Source: an uncultured Parachlamydiaceae bacterium (GTDB taxonomy: Bacteria > Chlamydiota > Chlamydiia > Chlamydiales > Parachlamydiaceae). Taken from it: a stretch of DNA of 64,000 nucleotides. Location: positions 128,001 to 192,000 of the forward strand of contig CAVVXH010000010.1 in assembly GCA_963752155.1 (NCBI GenBank), written 5' to 3'. The translations under genes and the position numbers were made by a program. The notes below the pieces were generated by a model. That model had not been told where the DNA came from. It saw only the letters and a program-made list of their open reading frames with translations, and did not search any database. Positions 14,003 to 23,795 of this stretch are shown in pieces (position 1 is the stretch's first letter; each line of letters begins with the position of its first letter).

Positions 14003-16826
14003 TTCTTTGACGATTTCTTTTAGGATATCCACAATGATCTCATTATCTTTAGGATCAAGTCCAGGATTGATTCGAATGTTTACATGATTGACATCGGGGA
14101 TAAAATTAAAATTTGGATGATAAAAACCGAAACTCCCTCTAGAGTGGACTTTTCGACCTGCCTCCATCATTTTATTATAGAAAATCGTTTCTATTGTACG
14201 ATAATCCATTTTCCCAAGAACTTTGATATCAATGAAAGCTGGATCCATTCCTGAATCGACAGTGCTGACTATAACTGGGCTATTAGGATCTTTAAGTTCT
14301 GCAGGAATCTTATTTATTATTTCTCTGCTGTTTTTAAAAATTAAAGCACGATAGTCGTCTAGTTGTTGAGGGGCATACTTATTTAGAAGACAAAACCATT
14401 GTTTGCTTAATGGATCTGTATTAAAAACCTCCTCAGTTTTCAATGCCTTGAAAGCTTCCCATTGCTTTTCGCCATTGTTGATCATATAAAACGGAGATCC
14501 ATAATAATTGTCCATTCCTAACATTTCGAATTTTTGACCACTGCGAAAAAAGACTACATTTAGACTGCCTTCTTCAATTTCTTTAGAAAATCGATTGAGA
14601 AATTGTTGAGCTTTTTTTGAATTGACTAAATCGATTGTTGAATCAATTGCCACCGTCAAAGGTTTAGGTTTCCCATCCATTAATTTTTCATTAATTTTTA
14701 ATAGTTTTGCTACATCACCAATTACATCACCTGGCACATAGTGATGATAATCTTTATTAATATTAATATTATGGTTGAATTCTCCTACATATAGATCGAC
14801 TCCTGATTCCACCGGATGAGCTAATACTTCATTCATTCCTCTATTTTTTCCAACGACATCGATTTCTTCAAAGTAAGAATTTTCCCCATGCACAATTTGA
14901 GGGTTAGGAGTTGTACTCATGACGAGGGTGCAAATCCCAGCAAATGTATTCATAGCGGATTTAGAAATTCCTGCTTGAACATGATCTTGTAAAATTTCAG
15001 GCACGATATGAAGCTGTTGTTTGTATATATTTTCAAATTCGCTATCCTTCATTGGCCGAGTTAATTGAAGGAATGTTGCCAATTCACTATGTACAAGTTC
15101 AATAGCTTCTGAAAATTTGATAAAATCATCACTCTGGAGGGATGCTGTTGCCAAATGTTGAGTCATGCGATATAGGCAAGTCTGTAATAAGGAGCGCTTT
15201 GTAAGGTGATCTGCGCGTTCAGTTTCAGACAAGCCTACAGGCTCTTTATTGAGAGCGTTCCATTTTTCTTCTGTAATCTCCCCTAATGCACCCTTAACAA
15301 GTCGAATGGTTGATAACCCCAAGATTGAAGTCATGGATTGTGGGTCGGAGAGATAAGTATTTTCTGTTTCCGTTTTCAGGAGCAATATTACTTTACATTC
15401 TCAACTGATGTAATTGACTTCTGCAGATTTGCGGGCCCATTACCTATACTTTTTAAATAGCCCATTTCCATCTTCCTTTCAAATTCTGTGAAAAGATTCG
15501 TGCCGGTCACACTTTTGGTACTTGGAAAATAGACTGTAAGTTGAGAGCCGGGTACTGAATACTCTGCTTTTCTAATCTCAAGTGGTCCTATATTTATTAA
15601 TTTATCAATAGATAGAAATTCATTAACATTTTTGCGAAGTGAAACTGCGCCCATGCGAAGTCCACTTAATTTAATTAAATCTCCTAATTCAAAAGATGAT
15701 TTTGTTTCAAATAATGGTAAGGTTATTATTGCTCCGAAATCTTTTATTGGTATTCGACATACAGTAATAATATTTTTCTTAATATAATTTTTAATTCTCT
15801 CTTCGTCATCTTTAGAATTAAATATAGAAGGGTCAGATTTTTTTATTTCATCTATAGTTGAGTCTATCAATGTATCAATTTTTTTACGGGCAACGTCAAA
15901 TTTTTCATTAAATTCTGCTTCTTTTTTTTGATCCCCATCAGTATAGGCTAACTGGCCTAAATCTTTTGAAAGGTCAAATAAAATCCCTTTAGTTAAATTT
16001 TTACCTAAAGGATCTTCTGTATTGTCATGCAAATGTTGAATTAAAATATCCTTCATCTTTGTTGCTCCTGACTGATCCTCAATATCGATGGGATTAAATT
16101 GTAATGGGAAGATTGAATCAATATTTACTGTATCTAAAATATACAGTTGACATAATGGGTTAGATTGAACTGTGTTTGCAAGCAAAGATGAAATTTTTGT
16201 GTTAAAATCTCGTGTGAGTTTATTACCTTCCCTGTGATATTCATGATTAGTAAAAAATCCTAGTTGGAATAAATTTTTAAAATTTTCTTCTTTTATTTTT
16301 TCTTCATTTGTCAAGACATAGGGAACCGGCTAAAACAAATAGGAGCTGCCTTGGCTAGGTAATTCAAAATTAAAAACCCTATTTCTTTTTTGACGCTATC
16401 TGATTTAGCTGTGTTGTAAGCATTGAGCATTAATCCTAGATTTATTTGCCATTCCAAAGTGAATTTTGGAATTGCATCTGAACTAGAATCACTTAATAGC
16501 CCGCTGGATCCAGGTGTAGTAACTTGAATATTTTTAATAGCTTCTTTAAAAGCTAATTTGTCAACTTTATCAGAGAGTAAACGAACCAATTCGTGAGATG
16601 TTTCCACACTTTGAGTTAATTTTATGGGAGGTACTTCTCCTTTTTTTTGGTATTCGGATAGAATTGATTCTAATTCTTTTGTTGCCTTTATATGATTTGA
16701 GGCCCATTCGGGCATTACTCCCATCTCTGTTTGGATCCATGTTAATAATCGGCCTAAATATTCAGATTCTATATAACTCTTTGCTATTTCGCCTGTAGAT
16801 TCAGCGTGATTTATAGCAGATAACAT
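13988..16826 (-). CDS. Large hypothetical protein with C-terminal PLP-dependent-like domain, split by frameshifts (paralogue B)
   Basis: Pieces 16311..16826, 15388..16314 and 13988..15385. Motifs VAIDST, SGQKFEMLGMDNYYG, RGSFG, IRINPGLD. Confidence 0.6.
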
Positions 16827-17041
16827 TTTTTGATTAATATTGTATTATTATTACTGCTTGTGTCAGTATTCATTATATTACCTCTATATGTAAATAAAAA
16901 TAACTAATTAATTGCAGTCTATAATTAATATTATATTATTATAAACTAAATTGTGTCAAATATGATAAATGATTGGAATTGAGGAAAAAAATATAGCATA
17001 ACACAATAGAATTTAGCTAAATAAATCTTTTTGAGTGATAG

Positions 17042-17124
17042 CGTGAAAGTTATTACTGGCGTAATTACAAGTTAAATTAATAAAAAATTTTTTGGAGTGC
17101 GTGTGGCTCTGCCACCGCGCGAGA
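17042..17124. repeat. Solo arm of the GGAGTGCG REPIN-like element
   Basis: Near-identical to 9672-9751. Confidence 0.85.
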
Positions 17125-17127
17125 GGT

Positions 17128-17377
17128 AGACGATAAAAACGATAAGAACGATAGGAACGATAAAAATTTGTGGAATACTGGTACGTCCACAGATTCTTAA
17201 AGGTTTCTTCTAGATTAGTCGAAAAGTCCTCATGGCTCTGCAATCTTTTCCATTCCAATTTCTATGCCGGAAATTTACTAACAAACCAAAAAACAACAGT
17301 TCAGAATGGTGCACGTGAATTCATGATAAGGGGATTTCTTGTCTTCTTCCATCGTTCTTATCGTTTCTTAATGTCTC
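17128..17377. repeat. Degenerate inverted array of 9-mer repeats (ACGATAAGA / TCTTATCGT)
   Basis: AGACGATAAAAACGATAAGAACGATAGGAACGATA at ~17128-17162 and complementary ATCGTTCTTATCGTTT at ~17351-17366. Confidence 0.5.
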
Positions 17378-17396
17378 TATTTAATAGCATTACTCA

Positions 17397-17858
17397 GATA
17401 TTGAGTAAAATCCCTCAGATAGATTTCCAATAAAAGGAGGATTTTTTCGGAGCTTAAGTTGAATATAACGAGATTGTTGATCAAAACAATGGGGATTAAA
17501 TTGGGGATTCCCTTGATTTGGATCGCCTAAGATTTGGCCTGATTCTCCTAACGCAAGAATACTTTTCATATGAATATGCTCTGGAGTGAATTCCGCAATC
17601 ATATAAAATCCTGAAGCATTAAAGATGTTCATCGTTTGAACAGAGCCCAGAATGAGATTATTGAAGCTATAGACTCCTCGTTGCCCTTTTCCCCAGGGAC
17701 GAGCATAAAGCCGCCTAAGATATCCAAAGCATAGTCAAGAGATTCCACGGTAATCTGATCAACAGGGGGGGTTAGTTAGCCATCCATCGAAGAATACCTT
17801 GTTTTTATAGGCAAGTTTTAAAATTCTTGAAAGCGTGTTGCCGGGGCCTACGATACTA
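17397..17858 (-). pseudogene. Duplicated 3' fragment of the penicillin-acylase-family gene
   Basis: Direct repeat of 23809..24273 (roughly 95% identical by eye, with 1-bp and 2-bp deletions). ORF 17390..17632 is nearly identical to the acylase C-terminus. Confidence 0.92.
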
Positions 17859-17961
17859 AAATTAAATGGCTTTACGCAGCATTGAGAGGGTTGGAAGTCA
17901 ATCCAAACCAATTTAAGGGCCATAGGATATTTTGTGTACTGAAAAAACTCAATAGAAAAGT

Positions 17962-18762
17962 CTAGCCTTGTATATCTCGAATCATTTTTTGCACCGATTT
18001 ATAGAGATCGCTGCTAGCAGGGACCTTACGCAATTGCTCAAGGGCTTTTGACTTATCATATTTGTTCAAATAGGCCCTACTCAATATGACACGCCCATAG
18101 TTTGCTAGGGCTTTATTCGACAGAGTGTCGACTATATTAGATAAGTTTATGAGAGAATCTGTAGGTATATCCTTTGGGGGAAAGATAACTGCAGAAATCA
18201 TTATAACAAATTTGATTGTATTCTCAATCCCCGCTTGTTCATTTGCCGGGTAGTATTTCTTAATCTCGTTAAATTTTTTTTGATTAAATGAAAATGATCT
18301 AGAACCCCACCTGCCTACGTAACCTTGTTTTATCAAGATTTTTTTGTGCTCTTTAATTTTTGCGTATGGAATTTTCAGCCCCTTAGTTTTTTGGAATTTT
18401 AATATGATCCGATATGTTCTGTTGACAAGTTCATTCATCTGAGTATTAATCTCACGGGTCGCAAGCTTATAATTGTCCACATGCCGATCTGCAAAGTAAT
18501 ACGTAATCCCGCCCCCCACGACCTCAGCAACTGCAGTCGCACCTGCAATTGCCCAAAAAGCTGGATTCGCTATTAATGTTATAGCTGCCAGAGCGCCTAT
18601 TCCACCTCCAACGACTCCCCCTACTCCAACACCCCCCGCTTTTATTAAAATTTCTTGAGCAGGTGAATATTGCTCTGCAGCTTTAGCTAACAGTTCACGA
18701 TCCACTGCATCCACAAACTGCATATGGCCTTCCGTGTTCCGAAGTAGCTCCCCTACATTCAT
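17962..18762 (-). CDS. Hypothetical membrane protein with glycine-zipper hydrophobic hairpin and TPR-like C-terminal helices (paralogue 2)
   Basis: GGVGVGGVVGGGIGALAAITLIANPAFWAIAG; clear full-length similarity to 18789..19598; strong RBS AGGAGG. Confidence 0.8.
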   Translation of the reverse strand: MNVGELLRNTEGHMQFVDAVDRELLAKAAEQYSPAQEILIKAGGVGVGGVVGGGIGALAAITLIANPAFWAIAGATAVAEVVGGGITYYFADRHVDNYKLATREINTQMNELVNRTYRIILKFQKTKGLKIPYAKIKEHKKILIKQGYVGRWGSRSFSFNQKKFNEIKKYYPANEQAGIENTIKFVIMISAVIFPPKDIPTDSLINLSNIVDTLSNKALANYGRVILSRAYLNKYDKSKALEQLRKVPASSDLYKSVQKMIRDIQG

Positions 18763-18788
18763 AGATCCCTCCTAAAAACTTACGTTAA

Positions 18789-19598
18789 CTATCCATGTTG
18801 AATATTCCTAATCATCCTTTGAACTGGTTCATAAAGATCACTATTACTAGGAACCTTACCCAGTTGCTCAAGGGCTTTTGGCTTATCAAATTTATTCAAA
18901 TAAGCCCTGGCCAATAGGATACGTCCATAATTTGAAATTGCCTGATTCGAAAGAGATCCAACTACCTTAGATAAGTTTTCGATAACAGAATCTGTGGGCG
19001 ACTCACTTGCAGGGAGAATAACAACAGAACACAGAGATAGGAATTTGATTGTGTTTTCTACTTCTGCTTGTGCATTTGCCTGATAGCATTTCTTAATCTT
19101 ATCAAATTTTTGCTGATTGAATGAAAATGATGTAGAATTCCACGTGTTTACATAACCTTGTTCCATCAGGATTGTCTTATTACTTGCAATTTTGCTAGCT
19201 GGGACAGTTACTCCTTGAGTTTCTTGGTAGGCTAACATAATGCCATACGTCCTACTAACTAGGTCTTTCATTTGAGTACTAATTAGATCGGCTTCCGCCT
19301 TGCAACTTTGTATGTGGCGGTTTGTAAAATAATAAGCTATTCCACCTACAGCAACTCCACCGATCCCAGCGCTACCTGCCAATGCCCAAAAGCTTGGATT
19401 CTCTATAAATGCTATCACGGCAAGATAGCCTATCCCACCACCGATAACCGCCCCTCCTCCAGTACTTACAGCCTTCAACAAAATTGCTTGTGCAGGTGAA
19501 TAAAATTCTGCAGCCCTATTCGCCAGTTCTCGATCCACTACATTCACTAACTGTGCACACCCCTCCATGGCACGAAGCTGATTTCCAACATTGAACAT
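18789..19598 (-). CDS. Hypothetical membrane protein with glycine-zipper hydrophobic hairpin (paralogue 1)
   Basis: Shares FSFNQxKFxxIKKxY and LxRAYLNKxDKxKALEQLxKVP with its neighbour; RBS AAGGAGG. Confidence 0.8.
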   Translation of the reverse strand: MFNVGNQLRAMEGCAQLVNVVDRELANRAAEFYSPAQAILLKAVSTGGGAVIGGGIGYLAVIAFIENPSFWALAGSAGIGGVAVGGIAYYFTNRHIQSCKAEADLISTQMKDLVSRTYGIMLAYQETQGVTVPASKIASNKTILMEQGYVNTWNSTSFSFNQQKFDKIKKCYQANAQAEVENTIKFLSLCSVVILPASESPTDSVIENLSKVVGSLSNQAISNYGRILLARAYLNKFDKPKALEQLGKVPSNSDLYEPVQRMIRNIQHG

Positions 19599-19628
19599 AT
19601 ATGCCTCCTTATGGCTTTTAATCGTCTC

Positions 19629-20726
19629 TTAAAATTTGTCTGGTCGTAATTGTCTTGCAATCTCTCTTATATTTTCTGACTCTCTTTCTACAAGATCATT
19701 TCCTAGATCACACAATTCTTGGATAGTTGCTGGTTTGACATCATCCAAATCTATTTCTCTTTCCATCTTTGGATTCATCCTCCAATATCTTCCGTGTAGT
19801 TTAGATTGAAGATTTTGATTCACTGTATTACACTGGGTTGCATTCACTGTGGTAAATATCTGCTTTGCCCAGTAAAAGAGATTATGATGTTCATCTGGCC
19901 CTCCAATTCCTTCAATATCGGCAAATCCTGTGCCCAAAGACAAAACATACTCCGCATCAGGCCTTACACCTTGCCTTTCAGCATAAAAACAGGCCTCCTG
20001 TGCTGGGTTGTTATATCCAAGACCCCCATCTACATAGGCTCTATTGGCAATCTTCTTATTGAGGAAATAAGTAGGAGCCGCTGAAGTCGCTCCAGCAACA
20101 TCTTTTAAAGCTAAAAAAGCATCTTCAGAATCTCTGTTGTTAAAAAAATGAGCCTGCGGTACAGGCGTAGTAATATCGATAGCCGGGATGTAAATATTAG
20201 TGCTAACATCCTTTAACAATTGTTCGCCAAACATATCATTGGCTAACTTATCAAGTCCATCTCTTGTATAAGTCGGGCAATCGATCAACTTTTTTACACC
20301 TTTGAGCTTTGCTTCACCTACAAGCCTAGACACAGCATAAGTAGAAATATCATGTAACCTCTTACCCGGATTGGGCATAAATATTTTATTCGCTTCAGTC
20401 TCATACAAATGTAAAACGTTTTTCGCTGTAAGTTGCTGAGGCGAACCCGTCAAGGACAATGCAATAATCCCACCTGTTGAGGTTCCAGAAATTAAATCAA
20501 ATGTGTCACTCACAGGACCAATGTGACCTTCAAGCTCTACTAGAACTTTTAAGGGAACAATTCCTCGAATACCACCTCCGTCAATTGAAAGAATTTTAAA
20601 ACGCCCATCATTTCTTGCTTCCATTTTACTCAATAAAGAGGGTGGATGGTAATTGGCACGATTTCCTAAAAAGCTAAAAGGGTTAAGTGGTGGTTCAGTA
20701 TCCATAGAATCTCTTAGCACGAACAT
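19629..20726 (-). CDS. Patatin-like phospholipase
   Basis: ILSIDGGGIRG, GTSTG (catalytic Ser), SAAPTYF, VDGG (catalytic Asp), LSLGTG. Confidence 0.93.
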   Translation of the reverse strand: MFVLRDSMDTEPPLNPFSFLGNRANYHPPSLLSKMEARNDGRFKILSIDGGGIRGIVPLKVLVELEGHIGPVSDTFDLISGTSTGGIIALSLTGSPQQLTAKNVLHLYETEANKIFMPNPGKRLHDISTYAVSRLVGEAKLKGVKKLIDCPTYTRDGLDKLANDMFGEQLLKDVSTNIYIPAIDITTPVPQAHFFNNRDSEDAFLALKDVAGATSAAPTYFLNKKIANRAYVDGGLGYNNPAQEACFYAERQGVRPDAEYVLSLGTGFADIEGIGGPDEHHNLFYWAKQIFTTVNATQCNTVNQNLQSKLHGRYWRMNPKMEREIDLDDVKPATIQELCDLGNDLVERESENIREIARQLRPDKF

Positions 20727-20837
20727 GTTTCCTCCTTACTAGTTTATCTTTTCCTTGTATAGTTTTTTCTAAAAGTGGTCAAGCGTTTTTTTAATGATTT
20801 TTAATCGCGCAAAAAAATTTCGCCATATTTAATAATT

Positions 20838-20998
20838 CTAGAAACGGCAGTTCAAGATGATAAAGTGATGCAAGCTTTTGAGTTAGAATCGCTTCTGATG
20901 GGGGGCGATCATTCCCAAAAGGTGAAGGCGCCCCCCATCAGAAGCGATTCTGGCTCAAAAGATTGCGTCAATTTATCGTCTTCAACTGCCGTTTCTAG
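20838..20998. mobile_element. Palindromic MITE-like element bounded by CTAG
   Basis: CTAGAAACGGCAGTT...GAATCGCTTCTGATGGGGGGCG / CGCCCCCCATCAGAAGCGATTC...AACTGCCGTTTCTAG; ~70-bp imperfect arms. Confidence 0.7.
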
Positions 20999-21021
20999 GA
21001 TAATATGCTGAAATTTTTTTG

Positions 21022-21183
21022 GTGCGCCCAGCATGGGCACATCCTAGTTGAATGAAAGATCAACCTTAGCCCTGATAGGAGGGAATATGTAGACGAAAGC
21101 AAGGGTGACCGAAGAAACCATACGAGGCGCTGTTAATAAGTGGGTGAAGAGGACGGAAGCCGTAAGGCCTCCTACTACTCGAT
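21022..21183 (+). mobile_element. Internally deleted group IIC intron remnant (5' part of domain I joined to degenerate domains V/VI)
   Basis: Starts GTGCGCCCAGCATGGGC, contains CCCTGATAG..GGAA and GCAAGGGTG, ends GAGGACGGAAGCCGTAAGGCCTCCTACTACTCGAT. Follows a stem-loop and T-tract; no RT ORF. Confidence 0.75.
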
Positions 21184-21224
21184 CAGCTGTTAAATTTATC
21201 TCGAGAAAGATTTTAATCCGTGGA

Positions 21225-23480
21225 TCACCGTGTCATTCGCATTTCTGCCCATTTCATTAAAAATCCCAATTCATTTAAAATGATATGATACGCCTCAGCA
21301 GCCTTTTGCCTAATTAGCTTAACTTCATCGTTGGGATACTGAAAACGATTGTCCACTTCTTCGAGGGCTGTGGAAATCAAAGAATATTCATAGTTAACTT
21401 TCTTCAAAGAAGCGGTTTTTTCTAATCCTAAATAACTGTAAGCATACCCTAGTAATTGTTTCTGGTCTTCCTCTCTTTTTGGGTAATACCTAGACTGATA
21501 ATAGTTTACAGCTTCGGAAATAATATCGATGCCAATAGCTGTCAAAGGAGCATAAGGAAAGAACAGCGCTGTTATAGCAGCTACTTCACAGGCAACTTTG
21601 TAGATTCTTTTGTTGTAAACTGCCATGGATAAACTAATAGACCGTACAGGCAAATTCAGTAAATGTGTCTTTGGAACAGAGTCTTTAAGTACTTGACAAA
21701 AAGTGTTTAAAACAATTGACATACAGGTGATCAAGGTTTGTTTATTTGGCAAATTGGACCCAATTGTAAACTTTCCAATTTCACGATTAGTTGGAGGTAC
21801 AGACAGCACTTCATATTTAATTACTGTGATCCCATTGCCCTGGGTTATCGTCTGACATCCATTCGATAAATCAGAAAACCATCCCCCTGTTGTTGGAACA
21901 TGAGATGATATAGTAAGCAGAACCTGTTTAAGCTGAATCTGTCTAGGTATATTTTCTTCTAGGGGGTGGAGCTGCGTGAGTTTTGAATTGATTCTATAGC
22001 CTTGTTCTAAATGAGGAACCACAGACTTAGTATCCATTGAAAAAGTTGTCTTGGGTTCTAAAAAATAAGCAGGCATGTCATTAGCATTCATTGCTTGACG
22101 TATGTAGTTGAAGAACTCGTACTGATCTCTCTGTTTTTCTATTAAGCGACCCCAAGTATTAATGGCCTCATAGTATTCCCCTAAATCCTGTAAGGCAAAA
22201 CCGTAAATGATAGAGTCTTTTGGAAGGTACGAAAGTGCTTCTCGCTTTTCATTTTTTAAGAAGAGTTTTAATCCTATGATTGGGTTTAATAAACTTGTCA
22301 GCTCTTCCATCACTTTTTGTGAATAAGTAACGAAGTAATCAACCCCTCCCTTTAGAAAGGATGGAATGTGATTAGAAAGAGGGTAACGCCTTTGAGTAAT
22401 GTTTGCAATCAAATTAATAACTCGAATTAAATATTCGATATTCATCGAGTGACAAAACAATTGAATACAATTATTGATTTCAAAATGTTCTTTCAGCTTC
22501 ATTTTACTTAACTGTGTTATGAATTCTCGACACAATTTCGTCCCCTCGAATTTGACTCTGTCTTCTCTTGGAACATTTGAACCAATCACGAATTTGCTGC
22601 TTACCACCCAGTCATGTAGCTCATGTACAAGATCACGCTTTTCTTTCTCGATTCCGTTCGGACAATAACGGATAGCCAAACGCAAATATTTTTCGTATTC
22701 AGAAGGATTGTTATCTTTGAAACAATCCTTTAAAGAGCTGTAAAGCTTGTAGGTAACAATGTGCTTAGGTAAAGGTTGAACTTTTTGGATTAGGTCTTTT
22801 TCAATGATGTTTGTTAGTTGATCAACTTTAGTTAAGGCTTCTAGAAGAAGAAATTTCCTTTGTTCGATGTATGTTGCATTCAAAGCTTGTTGCCATAAGC
22901 TCAAGATTTCCAATGCGAAGTAGTGAGATCTGACGCAGGCTATGGCTTCATTTATCTTTCCAAAACGCAGAAAAACAATAATGCATAACAAAGAAAAATG
23001 ATGATCATGGATGCTAGTTGGCTGATGTTGCTCAACACAAGCCAACGCATCTTCCCAGAATTCATCACGGACTAGGGTAGCCAATCTCACGAAAGGATCA
23101 GAAGAATAAGAAGAAAACAATGCAGAAATAAAAGTATCAATTTCATGTTGACTAACACCACACTCTTCCACAGCCCCCTTAACTAGTTGAAAGAGTTCTG
23201 TGCATAGGGTCTTTTCGTCTGTTCCTACTTTATCTGGATGAATCCACTTCGCAAGTTCCTTATAATGTTTAATAATAGCAGATGGTTCGCTCGAAAAAGG
23301 AGCATCTAATCCAAAAAGCTTCTGTAAGGGTCGGATTTTTGGATTATCTTTCAAAAATCTTAAATAACCTTCCCTACCTTCTCTAGTTTGAACATCTGTT
23401 GTAGATACTTTTCTTATTCCAATTGGAAGTGCTGAAAAAAAATCAGTTTTGAGAGATGCGTCCCAAGATGTGCCAAACAT
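21225..23480 (-). CDS. J-domain protein (N-terminal HPD J-domain, helical-repeat middle, degenerate C-terminal J-like domain)
   Basis: IIKHYKELAKWIHPDKV...FQLVKGAVE at the N-terminus; AYSYLGLEKTASLKKVNYEY...AAEAYHII at the C-terminus. Confidence 0.75.
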   Translation of the reverse strand: MFGTSWDASLKTDFFSALPIGIRKVSTTDVQTREGREGYLRFLKDNPKIRPLQKLFGLDAPFSSEPSAIIKHYKELAKWIHPDKVGTDEKTLCTELFQLVKGAVEECGVSQHEIDTFISALFSSYSSDPFVRLATLVRDEFWEDALACVEQHQPTSIHDHHFSLLCIIVFLRFGKINEAIACVRSHYFALEILSLWQQALNATYIEQRKFLLLEALTKVDQLTNIIEKDLIQKVQPLPKHIVTYKLYSSLKDCFKDNNPSEYEKYLRLAIRYCPNGIEKEKRDLVHELHDWVVSSKFVIGSNVPREDRVKFEGTKLCREFITQLSKMKLKEHFEINNCIQLFCHSMNIEYLIRVINLIANITQRRYPLSNHIPSFLKGGVDYFVTYSQKVMEELTSLLNPIIGLKLFLKNEKREALSYLPKDSIIYGFALQDLGEYYEAINTWGRLIEKQRDQYEFFNYIRQAMNANDMPAYFLEPKTTFSMDTKSVVPHLEQGYRINSKLTQLHPLEENIPRQIQLKQVLLTISSHVPTTGGWFSDLSNGCQTITQGNGITVIKYEVLSVPPTNREIGKFTIGSNLPNKQTLITCMSIVLNTFCQVLKDSVPKTHLLNLPVRSISLSMAVYNKRIYKVACEVAAITALFFPYAPLTAIGIDIISEAVNYYQSRYYPKREEDQKQLLGYAYSYLGLEKTASLKKVNYEYSLISTALEEVDNRFQYPNDEVKLIRQKAAEAYHIILNELGFLMKWAEMRMTR

Positions 23481-23735
23481 GAGCTACTCCTTATTTTTTA
23501 GGTCTAAATATTTATGTAACTAAAAACTTTCGAGCCTCATTTTAATGCTTTACCGATATTTTCTATGGCAATAAAATTGGGTTGGATTTTTGATTTTCTC
23601 AACTTCGAATCCTAGGTCTCTCTAGTTTCTGTTGATAGCAACTTGCCTTACATTTAAGGGAAATTTACCAACTAAAACCACTATGGCATGAATGGTTATT
23701 ACAGTTCAATATCTATTTTTCGTTAACTATTTTCA

Positions 23736-23776
23736 TAAACTTTCGATGAACCCCGTTGGGGATCATCGAAAGTTTA
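23736..23776. terminator. Hairpin, probable terminator of the acylase gene
   Basis: TAAACTTTCGATGAACCCC-GTT-GGGGATCATCGAAAGTTTA. Confidence 0.6.
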
Positions 23777-23795
23777 CGAGTAAGACATAAAAAGG

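Noticed and set aside
19629..20726. Patatin as a CBASS CapV effector
   Set aside because: No CD-NTase or Cap2/Cap3 genes are adjacent.
17859..23795. Integrase or transposase for the island or the MITEs
   Set aside because: No tyrosine/serine recombinase, DDE, Y1 or RT motifs recognised anywhere in the window.
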